Assembly: GCA_964524125.1 (NCBI GenBank)
Contig: CAZGBY010000002.1
Span: 1-52,354, forward strand
Source of the DNA: an uncultured Clostridium sp.
Lineage (GTDB): Bacteria > Bacillota_I > Bacilli_A > Acholeplasmatales > Anaeroplasmataceae
Direction: 5' to 3'
DNA length: 52,354 nucleotides
Made by a program: the position numbers and the translations under genes. The notes under the pieces are model-generated. The model was not told the origin of the DNA. It saw nothing but the letters and a program-made list of their open reading frames with translations, and searched no databases. Shown in pieces: positions 17,941 to 27,926 of the stretch. Each line of letters starts with the position of its first letter. Position 1 is the first letter of the stretch.

Positions 17941-20138
17941 CTATTTTTCATATACCAAATCAATTATATTAGTTTTATTTATTTTCTTTTTACATAGTAA
18001 ATAATAAATACCAGTAAAAACAAATAAGACTAATATCATAGTTAAAATCGATAGGATTGAAAATGATGTTAATCCATAATCAACTAATTCAATATCTCTT
18101 AGTAACATATTAATTGGTTCAGTAAGTATTGATGATAAAATCATATTTACCATTGACACAATAAACATTATACTTACTGTATCAATAAATATAATACTTA
18201 CCATATCTTTTTTATTTATGCCAAAACTTGCAAATATACCAATTATTCGTGTTTTCTTTCTTTTACTTGCATTAATATATGTGACAGATATATAAAATCC
18301 AATTAATAAAAATATAAGAGATATAACTAACAGTAATATATTAATAATGTTTTGATATTTCAAATTATCTTCTATTTTTTCAGAATAGTTTGAAATATCT
18401 GTAAGACCAAAATTATGCATTCTTTTAACTTCTTTAGTTGTAACACCATTAAATACAGTTATTCCATATCTATTATTTTCATAATGCATATTATATATGT
18501 TTTCAAATTCATTATCTGTAACAGTATAATGGTAAGAATTAGTTAATCCAACTATAATATATGTTTTAGGATAGAATTCTAAAGAAGCAAAATCAAGTGT
18601 TGTTCGAGCATTATATTCATAATAACTCGGTATAAAATAATTTACTGTAAGTTCACGATTTAATAATTTCTCAAAATCCATATAATCTTCTTCAGTTAAC
18701 AATTCATTTCTTACTAAATAAGAATCAATCCCAACAACAATCTCATCATCCTTTTCAGGCATTCTTCCTAAATAGCATTGACTTGTTTGTTCTGAAACAC
18801 TACATATCGTTGTTTGCTGAATACTACGGCTAATATATGTGGCATAAAAATGTTTTGATAAATTATTATATGTAGAATCATATGTATTTTCGTTTATAAA
18901 TATATATTTTTCGTAATAATTATAATCATTACCTTGATTAGAGTTGCTTATTCCAACAACTTTAACTTTAAAATATAATTTACTGTTATTTTCGTTATAA
19001 TTAAATTCAATGTTTTGATTTAATAACTCACTTACATTTTCACAAAATTGTTTTGCAAAAAATTCTGGCAAAATAACCTCATTATCATTAATAACATTTG
19101 TACCATATAAAATTTTTGTAGGACATTCGTCAGCTAAAATAATTTTATCTGTCTTTTCATAACAACCATTAAATTTAATATAAATATTTTTAAATATTGT
19201 CTTTTTTTCATTTTTATTCAAAGAATTCCAATCAAAATCAATTAAAGATTCTTTATATGTAATATCGCTATCTTCAAATGTTTTATGAAATGACACTTCT
19301 TCAACAATCTCTTGATTATAAGCTTTTGATACTTTCTTCGCTTCACTAGTATATAAAAAATTTAGTGAATATGTTAAGAAAAATATTGAAATGAGTAAGA
19401 AAATCGAGTACGTAATTATTCTAGCAAGATTCTTCTTAAATTGATAAAAACTTAAATTAAATAGATTTTGAGTCCTTACTTGTGGTTTTAAAACTTCAAT
19501 GTTTTTATTTGAATTACTTAGATCTACCTTCATAATTTCTTGAATATTTCCATCTTTAATCTCATAAATTCCATCACTTATATCTGTAAAGAATTCTTTA
19601 TCATGAGTAACTACAATGACTAATCTTTCTTTTGAAATTTCCTTTAATACGTTTGAAACAATTAGTGCATTTTCTTCATCTAGTGCACTAGTTGGTTCAT
19701 CACATATAATAACAGTTTTTTTAGAAAGTAAAGCTCTTATAATTGATACTCTTTGTTTTTCTCCACCAGAAATTTTTTCAATTTTAGAATCTTTAATATT
19801 TGTTAAATCAAATTTATCTAAAGTGTTTAATAATAGTTTTTCATCTAAACAATTAAATAATTCCATTATTAATTTTATATTTTCGTATACTGTATATCCT
19901 TCTATTAATTGAGAATCTTGAAATACTATTGTTGAAAAATAATCATCTGAATAATTATGAATTATCTCTCCACTAGTTTGTGTATCAAGACCTGAAATAA
20001 TATTTATAAGAGTAGTCTTTCCTGTTCCACTTCTTCCTATAATAGAATATAGCCCAGTGTCGTAAAAGATATATTAACATCATTTAAGACACATTTTTTA
20101 TTATCATATACCTTGTTTATATTCTTTAAATCAATCAT
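17941..20138 (-). pseudogene. Fused ABC ATPase / FtsX-MacB-type permease, interrupted by a single frameshift near codon 23
   Basis: ATG 20138 sits behind AAGGAG. The first frame stops at 20037-20039. Walker A (IIGRSGTGKTTL), the signature (ISGGEKQRVSIIRAL) and Walker B (VIICDEPTSALD) continue in the frame of the 641-aa ORF. Adding one T to the T4 run (forward A4 at 20064-20067) restores ...NISFYDTGLYSIIGRSG. Confidence 0.8.
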
Positions 20139-20165
20139 ACTAACTTAAACTCCTTTATTGTAAAC

Positions 20166-20194
20166 ATATTATCATATCGAAATTAACTAATCAA
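20166..20194 (-). promoter_or_regulatory. Sigma-A type promoter of the ABC ATPase-permease gene
   Basis: The minus strand reads TTGATT (20189-20194), exactly 17 nt, then TAATAT (20166-20171). Confidence 0.5.
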
Positions 20195-20320
20195 GATTTA
20201 AATACTTTCCTTCAAATCCGATTATGTTTTATAAATAAGTAAAAACATTTCCCAGATCAATTATAAAAAATGTACAAGTGAAATCACAAAGAAAATTACA
20301 TTAATTTAAAAATGTAGAAT

Positions 20321-20350
20321 CACTAAGACTCTACACTTTCATTATTTTCT
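20321..20350 (-). repeat. Right copy of the 30-bp direct repeat: the genuine tpiA 3' end and terminator
   Basis: It is identical to 17844-17873. On the minus strand, TGTAGA...TCTACA plus TTTTT forms the tpiA terminator and overlaps the stop codon. Confidence 0.9.
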
Positions 20351-21108
20351 AAAGTTTTAAGGGCTTCATCACACATTTTAATAAATTTACCAGAATCAAG
20401 TGCAGCTCCACCAATTAAAGCTCCATCAATATTAGGTTTACTCATAAGTTCGTAACAATTTGCAGGAGATACAGATCCCCCATAACAAATTCTAATCTTA
20501 TCAGCTTCTTCTTTAGTATAAAGATCACCAATAATCTTACGAATTAAACCACACTTCTGATCAGCTAAATCACTTGGTGCTGACTTTCCAGTACCAACAG
20601 CCCAAATAGGCTCATATGCCAATATAACACTAGAAACATTTTGCTTTTTAACACCTTTAAATGCCGTTCTAACTTGTTCTCTTAGAATATAGTCAGTATC
20701 CGCATGTTCAAATTGTTCTTCAGTTTCACCTAAACAAACAATCGGTGTAATATGATTTTTTAAAGCAGCTATTAATTTTAAATTAACATCTTCTTCAGTT
20801 TCATTATTATATCTTCTTCGTTCATTGTGACCAATAATTACATAAGATACTCCAGTAGAAACGAGCATATTAGGAGAAATTTCTCCAGTATATGCCCCTT
20901 CTTCTGCATAGTGCATATTTTGAGCACCTATTCTTATATTGTCACCCTGTCTTTTAACAAGACTTCTTAAATGAATTGCAGGAGCGCAAATTATTGTTTC
21001 TAGGATATCTTTGCTTGGAACCTGATCATTTACTGCATAGATGAATTGTAAAGCTTCATCACGAGTTTTGAACATTTTCCAGTTTGCAGCCACAACTGGC
21101 TTACGCAT
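20323..21108 (-). CDS. tpiA: Triose-phosphate isomerase
   Basis: Motifs: AANWKM, IIGHNERR (compare the usual GHSERR), AYEPIWAVGTG, GGSV. ATG 21108 sits behind GGAG; the track start at 21114 is a GTG. Confidence 0.93.
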   Translation of the reverse strand: MRKPVVAANWKMFKTRDEALQFIYAVNDQVPSKDILETIICAPAIHLRSLVKRQGDNIRIGAQNMHYAEEGAYTGEISPNMLVSTGVSYVIIGHNERRRYNNETEEDVNLKLIAALKNHITPIVCLGETEEQFEHADTDYILREQVRTAFKGVKKQNVSSVILAYEPIWAVGTGKSAPSDLADQKCGLIRKIIGDLYTKEEADKIRICYGGSVSPANCYELMSKPNIDGALIGGAALDSGKFIKMCDEALKTLENNESVES

Positions 21109-21127
21109 TGACACCCGCTCCTTTCTA

Positions 21128-21376
21128 TTATTTTTCTAATAAATCCGCAATTTCTTCAATAGCTTGTTGTGCTTGATCTCCTGAGGCTACTATTTTTACA
21201 TTTTCACCTTGTGGTACAGCAAGAGACATTAAGCCTAAGATAGATTTTACATCTACTACCTTATCATGATAATGTAAATTAATATCAACTGCATATTTAG
21301 AAGCTGCTTGAACAACTTTAGCTGCTAAACTAGCATGTAATCCTACTGTACTTTTAACTAAAATTTCCTTTTCCAT
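21128..21376 (-). CDS. HPr-family phosphocarrier-like protein
   Basis: 82 aa. GLHASLA around His14 (canonical GIHARPA) and KSILGLMSL around Ser45 (canonical KSIMGVMSL). Confidence 0.75.
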   Translation of the reverse strand: MEKEILVKSTVGLHASLAAKVVQAASKYAVDINLHYHDKVVDVKSILGLMSLAVPQGENVKIVASGDQAQQAIEEIADLLEK

Positions 21377-21420
21377 TTTTCTAAGTCCTTTCTTAGGTAA
21401 ATATTTTATACTAATAAATA

Positions 21421-22614
21421 CTACTTATCATTTACACAAACAATACCAGGTAATTGTTTACCTTCAAGATATTCTAAAGATGCTCCTCCACCTGTAGAAA
21501 TATGAGAGAATTTAGACTTATATCCAAATTGAATTGCAGCAGCTGCTGAATCTCCACCACCAACGATTGTATTAGCATTTTCAAGGTTTGCGATTGCATC
21601 ACATACACCTATTGTACCATGAGCATAGTTAGACATTTCAAATACACCCATAGGTCCATTCCATACAACAGTTTTAGCAGTCTTAATTACATTTGCAAAT
21701 TCTTCAACTGATTTTTGACCAATATCTAGACCCATTTCATCATCTGCGATTGAATCAATAGAAACTGTCTTAAATTCAACATCATTAGAGAACTCTTTAG
21801 CTACTACTGTATCAACTGGTAAAATAATCTTACCATTAGCTTTCTTTAATAATTCGCTTGCAAGTTCAACTTTGTCATCTTCACATTTAGATTTACCAAC
21901 GTTATATCCTTGAGCCTTTAAGAAAGTGAACATCATACCTCCACCGATAATTAACTTATCAGCTTTTTCAAGAAGTGCACTAATAACTTCAATCTTATCA
22001 GAAACCTTAGAACCTCCAAGTATTGCTACATAAGGTCTTTGAGGATTATCTACAGCTCCTCCAATAAACTTAATTTCCTTTTCAAGTAAGAATCCTGCTG
22101 CAGTTTCTTTAATATTAGCTGCGATACCTACGTTTGATGCAGCAGCTCTATGAGCTGTACCAAATGCATCATTTACAAATACATCACCAAGTGATGCCCA
22201 GTATGCACCAAGCTCAGGATCATTTTTAGATTCTTTCTTACCATCTAAATCTTCATAACGAGTGTTTTCAAACATTACGATTTGAGATTCTTCCATTCTA
22301 TTAATTGCAGCCTCAAGTTCTTCACCACGTGTAACTGGTACAAACTTAACAGGAGTTGCAATTAATTCTTCTAAACGTTTAGCAACAGGTGCTAAAGAAT
22401 TCTTAGCCAAATCAGCTTCTTCTTTAATACGTCCTAAATGAGAAAATACAATTGCTTTTCCACCATTTTCAATAACATATTTAATTGTTGGTAATGCTTC
22501 ACGAATTCTGTTGTCATCAGTGATAACTCCATCCTTCATAGGAACATTAAAATCAACTCTAATTAATACTTTTTTACCTTTAAGATTTAAATCTGTAATT
22601 ACTTTTTTAGCCAT
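21421..22614 (-). CDS. pgk: Phosphoglycerate kinase
   Basis: Motifs: [40 protein letters not shown]. Confidence 0.96.
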   Translation of the reverse strand: MAKKVITDLNLKGKKVLIRVDFNVPMKDGVITDDNRIREALPTIKYVIENGGKAIVFSHLGRIKEEADLAKNSLAPVAKRLEELIATPVKFVPVTRGEELEAAINRMEESQIVMFENTRYEDLDGKKESKNDPELGAYWASLGDVFVNDAFGTAHRAAASNVGIAANIKETAAGFLLEKEIKFIGGAVDNPQRPYVAILGGSKVSDKIEVISALLEKADKLIIGGGMMFTFLKAQGYNVGKSKCEDDKVELASELLKKANGKIILPVDTVVAKEFSNDVEFKTVSIDSIADDEMGLDIGQKSVEEFANVIKTAKTVVWNGPMGVFEMSNYAHGTIGVCDAIANLENANTIVGGGDSAAAAIQFGYKSKFSHISTGGGASLEYLEGKQLPGIVCVNDK

Positions 22615-22705
22615 TTTATTACCTCCATTACGATTAATGACTTTACATAATCTATTATACCATAAAAAGAACTAATGACAATTAAATTCAATCAATATTT
22701 CTTTT

Positions 22706-22734
22706 AAAAAATGCCATCTAATTAAAGATGACAT
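22706..22734 (-). terminator. Terminator downstream of the sugar ABC ATPase gene
   Basis: ATGCCATCT / AGATGACAT stem (8 of 9 pairs), flanked by a forward A-run (a T-run on the minus strand) and a forward T-run. Confidence 0.5.
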
Positions 22735-22741
22735 CGTTTTT

Positions 22742-23860
22742 TTATAAATCTGCAACGTTAATTTCTGATTCTATATCAAAGAAATGACACTTGTTCATAT
22801 CAAATACAAGCTTAACATCAGAATCAAATGTTAAATCTGAACGAGAATCTACAGACGCAATTAAACTACATCCACCAACTTCAGTATAGATATTAGTTTC
22901 AGCACCTAAAAGTTCAGAAATCTTAACCTTGCAATTAACAACTGCGTTTGGATAAGTTTCAAACATAATTGGATCACGTTCATCGTGAATATTTTCAGGA
23001 CGGATACCTAAATATACTTTCTTACCAATGAAATCTTTGATCTTTAATAATTGAAGTTTACCTTTTGGCACTTCAATCTTAACATTTTCCTTAGAAGTTG
23101 TAAAAATACCCTTTTCATCTACAGTACCTTCAATAAAATTCATAGGTGGAGTACCAATGAATCCTCCAACGAATACATTATGAGGATGAGCATAAATTTC
23201 TTTTGGAGTACCAACTTGTTGAATACGTCCATCTTTCATACAAACAATTCTTGAAGCCATAGTCATCGCTTCGATTTGGTCATGAGTTACATAAATTGTA
23301 GTTGCATTTAAACGTCTATGTAATTTAATTAATTCTCCACGAGTAGAAACACGAAGTTTAGCGTCTAGGTTAGAAAGTGGTTCGTCCATTAAGAATACCT
23401 TAGCATCACGAACGATAGCACGTCCAAGTGCAACTCTTTGACATTGACCACCTGAAAGTTGACGAGGTTTACGGTCTAAATAAGGAGTAAGTCCTAGAAT
23501 TTCAGCAGCTTGTTGAACTTTTTCTTTAATAACGTCACGGTCAATTCTTCTAAGTCTTAAACCAAATGCCATATTTTCATAAATAGACATATGTGGATAA
23601 AGTGCATAAGATTGGAAAACCATTGCGATGTCACGATCCTTAGGAGATACGTCATTTACCATTCTATCATCAATCCAAAGTTCACCTGCAGAAATTTCTT
23701 CAAGTCCTGCGATCATACGAAGTGTAGTAGATTTACCACAACCAGATGGTCCTACGAAACAAATGAATTCTTTATCTTGTACTTCAAGATTAAAATCAAA
23801 TACAGCTTGTGTACCATTTGGATAAATTTTATTAATATTTTTAAAGCTTAATGTTGCCAT
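22742..23860 (-). CDS. MsmK/MsmX/UgpC-type carbohydrate ABC transporter ATP-binding protein (orphan, with no adjacent permease or binding protein)
   Basis: Walker A GPSGCGKST, signature LSGGQCQRVALGRA, Walker B FLMDEPLSNLD, and a C-terminal MalK-like regulatory domain. ATG 23860 sits behind GGAGG; the track start is a TTG. Confidence 0.9.
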   Translation of the reverse strand: MATLSFKNINKIYPNGTQAVFDFNLEVQDKEFICFVGPSGCGKSTTLRMIAGLEEISAGELWIDDRMVNDVSPKDRDIAMVFQSYALYPHMSIYENMAFGLRLRRIDRDVIKEKVQQAAEILGLTPYLDRKPRQLSGGQCQRVALGRAIVRDAKVFLMDEPLSNLDAKLRVSTRGELIKLHRRLNATTIYVTHDQIEAMTMASRIVCMKDGRIQQVGTPKEIYAHPHNVFVGGFIGTPPMNFIEGTVDEKGIFTTSKENVKIEVPKGKLQLLKIKDFIGKKVYLGIRPENIHDERDPIMFETYPNAVVNCKVKISELLGAETNIYTEVGGCSLIASVDSRSDLTFDSDVKLVFDMNKCHFFDIESEINVADL

Positions 23861-23911
23861 AATTAATTCCTCCAATTTTTAATACGAAAATATTTTATCA
23901 AATTTTAAACT

Positions 23912-23940
23912 AAAAAAGAATGTACAAAGTGCACATTCTT
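23912..23940 (-). terminator. Terminator downstream of the PLD-family gene
   Basis: AAGAATGT (23916-23923) / ACATTCTT (23933-23940), with a T-run on the minus strand. Confidence 0.5.
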
Positions 23941-23946
23941 TAAAAA

Positions 23947-25323
23947 TTATAATAAATATCTAACAAGCTTTAATATCATTCTTAATATAAAATAGAGTAC
24001 ACTTTTATACCATGGCATTTTACGTTCTGTAAAGTTATCTCCATATGATATTTTTCCATCTTTTGATGTTATTTTTGACTTAGATTGTAAACTTTCAATT
24101 TCCTTAGATACCATTTTATTAAATTCTTTACTTTTAATACAAATCATCATTTCAGTGTCTAAGTAAGAGCTTCTAATATCTGCATTATAAGAACCTATTA
24201 TTGAAATATCATCATCAATTAATATTGTTTTTGTATGCATAGATTTACTTCCGTGACATTGATAAATATTCATACCCATTTTTAATATTTTCTTCTCTTC
24301 ATTAATATAATCACATGCACCCCACGGATTATCATTAGTAGATACGCTATTCGTCAACATTGAAACTTCAACATTTAAACTTAATTTAGTAAGTTCTTCA
24401 TACATATAATCATCACATATAAAATATGGAGTTTGTATTAATACACTTTCTTTTGCATCGGATAGCTTATCAATTATTTTATCAAATACATAAGGATTTT
24501 TATTCTTATTAATAACATCTCCGGTCATTAAAGATAATTCTTCAACTTCAAATACTTTACTATCAATATTTAAATCTTCAATTTCATCATTATATTGATT
24601 TTTCATTTCTTTATAATGAGAAAGTAAATTTTTATTAGAATATCCTTTATATTTTTTATTCTTTGCACAATCTAAATTCCATACATCTCTGGCATATTCT
24701 TTTAGTTCATATAAAGATGAATTAGTACTTGTACCATTTATAACAACTACATCTCTATCAAAGTTGTTCTTATTAGAATAATCTCCTAAAAATAGGTCAT
24801 TTACATTTCTTCCACCAACAATATATGCATAATTATCTATAATAAAATATTTATCATGTAATCGATAATTTATAGAATAGAATTTAATTAAATTGATTGG
24901 ATTATAAAACTTAACTTCAATATTTTCATGACATGTTAAAGCTTTAAAATCCTTAGAATCATTAAGTTGCACAAACCCAATTAATCCATCCATTATGATT
25001 TTAACTTTAACTCCACGACAAGCTGCGTTATATAAAGAAGACATAATATCAGTACCACTATTATCACATCTAAAATCAAATGTAGAGATGATAATTTCTT
25101 CTTGTGCCATATCTATTAATTTAAGTCTCCAAATTAAAGCTTCTTTATTATCCTCAACTAAACATACTCTTTCATTTTGATATATATCATTTGTAATACC
25201 ATCATAATCTCTTTCATTACTTACAAGTGGTGGAATTACTATCATACATACCAAATATAATATTATTCCAAGTAATGTAAATATAATTGATCTTTTTATA
25301 ATCTTATTTCTTCTTTTTTTCAT
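23947..25323 (-). CDS. Phospholipase D / cardiolipin synthase-like protein with an N-terminal membrane anchor
   Basis: Two HKD motifs: LHDKYFIIDNYAYIVGGRNVND and MHTKTILIDDDISIIGSYNAD. Confidence 0.85.
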   Translation of the reverse strand: MKKRRNKIIKRSIIFTLLGIILYLVCMIVIPPLVSNERDYDGITNDIYQNERVCLVEDNKEALIWRLKLIDMAQEEIIISTFDFRCDNSGTDIMSSLYNAACRGVKVKIIMDGLIGFVQLNDSKDFKALTCHENIEVKFYNPINLIKFYSINYRLHDKYFIIDNYAYIVGGRNVNDLFLGDYSNKNNFDRDVVVINGTSTNSSLYELKEYARDVWNLDCAKNKKYKGYSNKNLLSHYKEMKNQYNDEIEDLNIDSKVFEVEELSLMTGDVINKNKNPYVFDKIIDKLSDAKESVLIQTPYFICDDYMYEELTKLSLNVEVSMLTNSVSTNDNPWGACDYINEEKKILKMGMNIYQCHGSKSMHTKTILIDDDISIIGSYNADIRSSYLDTEMMICIKSKEFNKMVSKEIESLQSKSKITSKDGKISYGDNFTERKMPWYKSVLYFILRMILKLVRYLL

Positions 25324-25338
25324 AAGCTTACCTCATAT

Positions 25339-25373
25339 AAAAATAGTAAAAGAGTAGAACCCTACTCTTTACT
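25339..25373 (-). terminator. Terminator downstream of the PucR-like gene
   Basis: 12-bp stem (one bulge) AGTAAAAGAGTAG / CTACTCTTTACT with a 4-nt loop, then ATTTTT on the minus strand. Confidence 0.6.
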
Positions 25374-25929
25374 TTATTAATGTGTAAATAACATACGCAT
25401 CTTTAAACTTTCTTAAATCATATCCTGTTATATTTAAAAATTTATCTAACTTATTAATTAATGTATTTCTATGCATGTATAAATTCTTAGATGTTTGTAA
25501 TATATTTAAGTCGTTATTTATGAATGTTTTTATAATATATATCATTTCTAAATCATTAGAATATTCTTTTAAAATAATACTTCTGTTTACATCTTGTTTA
25601 TACCCAATTATATAATCAAGTAATGTATTTTCATAAAAAAGTTCTTCTTTATCTATATACTTTAAAATATTATAAATCATATTATAATGAGTTAATATTT
25701 CATCTTCTTTAATGTCATTTGAAATAAAACATTTAAACTTAATATTTAAATCATACATGTAAGCCTTAATCGTTTCTTCAAACATTAAATCTTCATTATT
25801 ATTAAATACATAAATATAACAATCATTATACTCAACAGGTTCTAAAGCACCTAAAAGAGAAAATACTAACTCTTTAATCCCGTTATCCTCAAGTTCATTT
25901 TGTTTAAAATAAATAAAATATCTTTTCAT
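25369..25929 (-). CDS. PucR/CdaR-type C-terminal HTH domain protein
   Basis: The C-terminus NLYMHRNTLINKLDKFLNITGYDLRKFKDA matches the PucR-type HTH pattern. The N-terminal part is unassigned. Confidence 0.5.
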   Translation of the reverse strand: MKRYFIYFKQNELEDNGIKELVFSLLGALEPVEYNDCYIYVFNNNEDLMFEETIKAYMYDLNIKFKCFISNDIKEDEILTHYNMIYNILKYIDKEELFYENTLLDYIIGYKQDVNRSIILKEYSNDLEMIYIIKTFINNDLNILQTSKNLYMHRNTLINKLDKFLNITGYDLRKFKDAYVIYTLIK

Positions 25930-26819
25930 TATTCATCACAAGCTTCATCTATTTCTATCATATCATCAATATCAATAATATCATTATTTTCAACTTTTTG
26001 ATTTGACTCCTCTTTATTATTATATAGTGGCTTAATATTAATCACTTCTGTATCTCCATTATTATAAGTGTCATCTTTAGAAAAATTAATGTCACTCTTA
26101 TACATATTATTATTCATACTCTTTTCGTAATCCTGTGCAGCTTTATCATATCTTATCATTCTAGTTTGACTAAATGCATCTCCAACAGATACATTTTGTT
26201 TATATATTTTATACCAGTTAATTATTAAAGCAAGACCACAACATACATTCAATAAATTAAATAGTCCAAATCCCACAACATCTCTTAATAATAATTTAGT
26301 TGGATTTATATCAGTTCCATCATAAGTTACAGCTTTAATTTTCATTATCAATCTACCTATTGTTTGATATTTCCATAAATATCCTATAATATCATAGTAG
26401 ATAATCATTATAATGAAATAACTTAGTAAAGTTACAAGTAAATTATAAATAGTATATTTTGTATATTCTTTTTGATAATCAATACATTTATTATAAAATG
26501 ATAATATCTCATCAGAATTAATATAATTACTAAAATAAGATGTAACATCTTCTTCATCCATTGCAGAAAAATATGTAGCTACTAAAGTAATATCTGCATC
26601 TTCTTCTAATAAATCATTCCCCAAAACTTCACTTAAATAATCATTTATATATACTATAACTTCAGATTTGACATCTTCTGAAGGTTCTTGAAGAATTGGT
26701 TCTTCTAAAGAAAATATTAAACCCAATAACAAAGCTACTATGAAACTAAAAAAACTAATAATTATTCCATCTATTACAAAAGCTAAAAACCTTTGAGAAG
26801 CACTCGCTAATGTTTTCAT
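25929..26819 (-). CDS. RDD-family membrane protein
   Basis: ASQRFLAFVIDGIII N-terminus and a LLRDVVGF motif. ATG 26819 sits behind GGTTGGTG; the track start is a TTG. Confidence 0.6.
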   Translation of the reverse strand: MKTLASASQRFLAFVIDGIIISFFSFIVALLLGLIFSLEEPILQEPSEDVKSEVIVYINDYLSEVLGNDLLEEDADITLVATYFSAMDEEDVTSYFSNYINSDEILSFYNKCIDYQKEYTKYTIYNLLVTLLSYFIIMIIYYDIIGYLWKYQTIGRLIMKIKAVTYDGTDINPTKLLLRDVVGFGLFNLLNVCCGLALIINWYKIYKQNVSVGDAFSQTRMIRYDKAAQDYEKSMNNNMYKSDINFSKDDTYNNGDTEVINIKPLYNNKEESNQKVENNDIIDIDDMIEIDEACDE

Positions 26820-26904
26820 ATATAACACCAACCTTTAATTTAAAAAAATTATAGCATAATTTATTAGCATTTACAATTTAAACAAGTTTTTTCACATAAT
26901 TTAC

Positions 26905-27888
26905 TTATTTTAATTTATTATTATATTTTAAAATATCTTTATTAACTTCAAGATTGTTTACTTTAAATTCATTCAAATGCCTATCAATTAAAGTATTTAA
27001 TACTTTATCAAAATCATCAAATAAAAAATAAGATAAACTGCCAGGTAATGTATTTACTTCATTTAAATAGATTATATTATCTTTAATAAAGAAGTCTATT
27101 CTTACAATATCTTTACATTCAAGTATTTTATATACCTTACTACCTATTTCATATATATTATTTACAATATTATCATCACTTATAAAATGATGATTAAATC
27201 CTTTATTATTAGTTAAATACTTATTATCAAAATCAAATATATCATTGTCATATTCATTTTTTTCTACTTTAGACATGATTATATCTTTTCCATCAAAATA
27301 GAATGCTGTACAATATTCATCCTTATCTTCTAAATACTTTTCTATTATTAATTTATTATCATATTTTAAACTATCATATTTAAAATATTCTAGTTCTTCT
27401 TTATTATTACATATATGTATACCTAAAGAAGAGCCACATCTTGCTGGTTTTAAAATTACAGGATAATCTATACTAATATTTTCATTATATAATTGTTTAT
27501 CTACTTGTATTATATTATTATATTTTAATAATAAATAAGTAAGCCATTTATCCATTGATATTATACTAGAATACAAACCACTACCTAAATATCTAATATT
27601 ATAAAAATCAAGTATTCCACTTATTCTATCTTCTATAAGATATCCATGGTTTATTAATATAATAAAATCTATATCAGTATTATATACTTTACTATTTTTA
27701 AAATATACTTTTCTTCCTTTTTTATTAATTATATTATCTGTAGTAGGCTTTTTAATTAGAAATAAATTATTTGATTTATCTAAATATAAAAATTTAAAGT
27801 CTTTATATTTATTATAAATAGTTAAGGCACTAATAATAGATATTTCATGTTCAGAAGAGTTTCCACCACAAAGTATTGCAATACTCAT
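26905..27888 (-). CDS. ddl: D-alanine--D-alanine ligase (ATP-grasp)
   Basis: IAILCGGNSSEHEISIISA N-terminus, ILKPARCGSSLGI, and C-terminal LNEVNTLPG. Confidence 0.85.
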   Translation of the reverse strand: MSIAILCGGNSSEHEISIISALTIYNKYKDFKFLYLDKSNNLFLIKKPTTDNIINKKGRKVYFKNSKVYNTDIDFIILINHGYLIEDRISGILDFYNIRYLGSGLYSSIISMDKWLTYLLLKYNNIIQVDKQLYNENISIDYPVILKPARCGSSLGIHICNNKEELEYFKYDSLKYDNKLIIEKYLEDKDEYCTAFYFDGKDIIMSKVEKNEYDNDIFDFDNKYLTNNKGFNHHFISDDNIVNNIYEIGSKVYKILECKDIVRIDFFIKDNIIYLNEVNTLPGSLSYFLFDDFDKVLNTLIDRHLNEFKVNNLEVNKDILKYNNKLK

Positions 27889-27926
27889 TAAATCACCTAA
27901 ATAAATATATGTAATTAAATAAGAAT

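Noticed and set aside
17874-20320. Calling the ABC cassette a bona fide mobile element
   Set aside because: No integrase, transposase, recombinase or inverted terminal repeats lie within it or next to it. Only the flanking 30-bp direct repeat is observable, so I report it as a repeat-bracketed insertion rather than annotate it as a mobile element.
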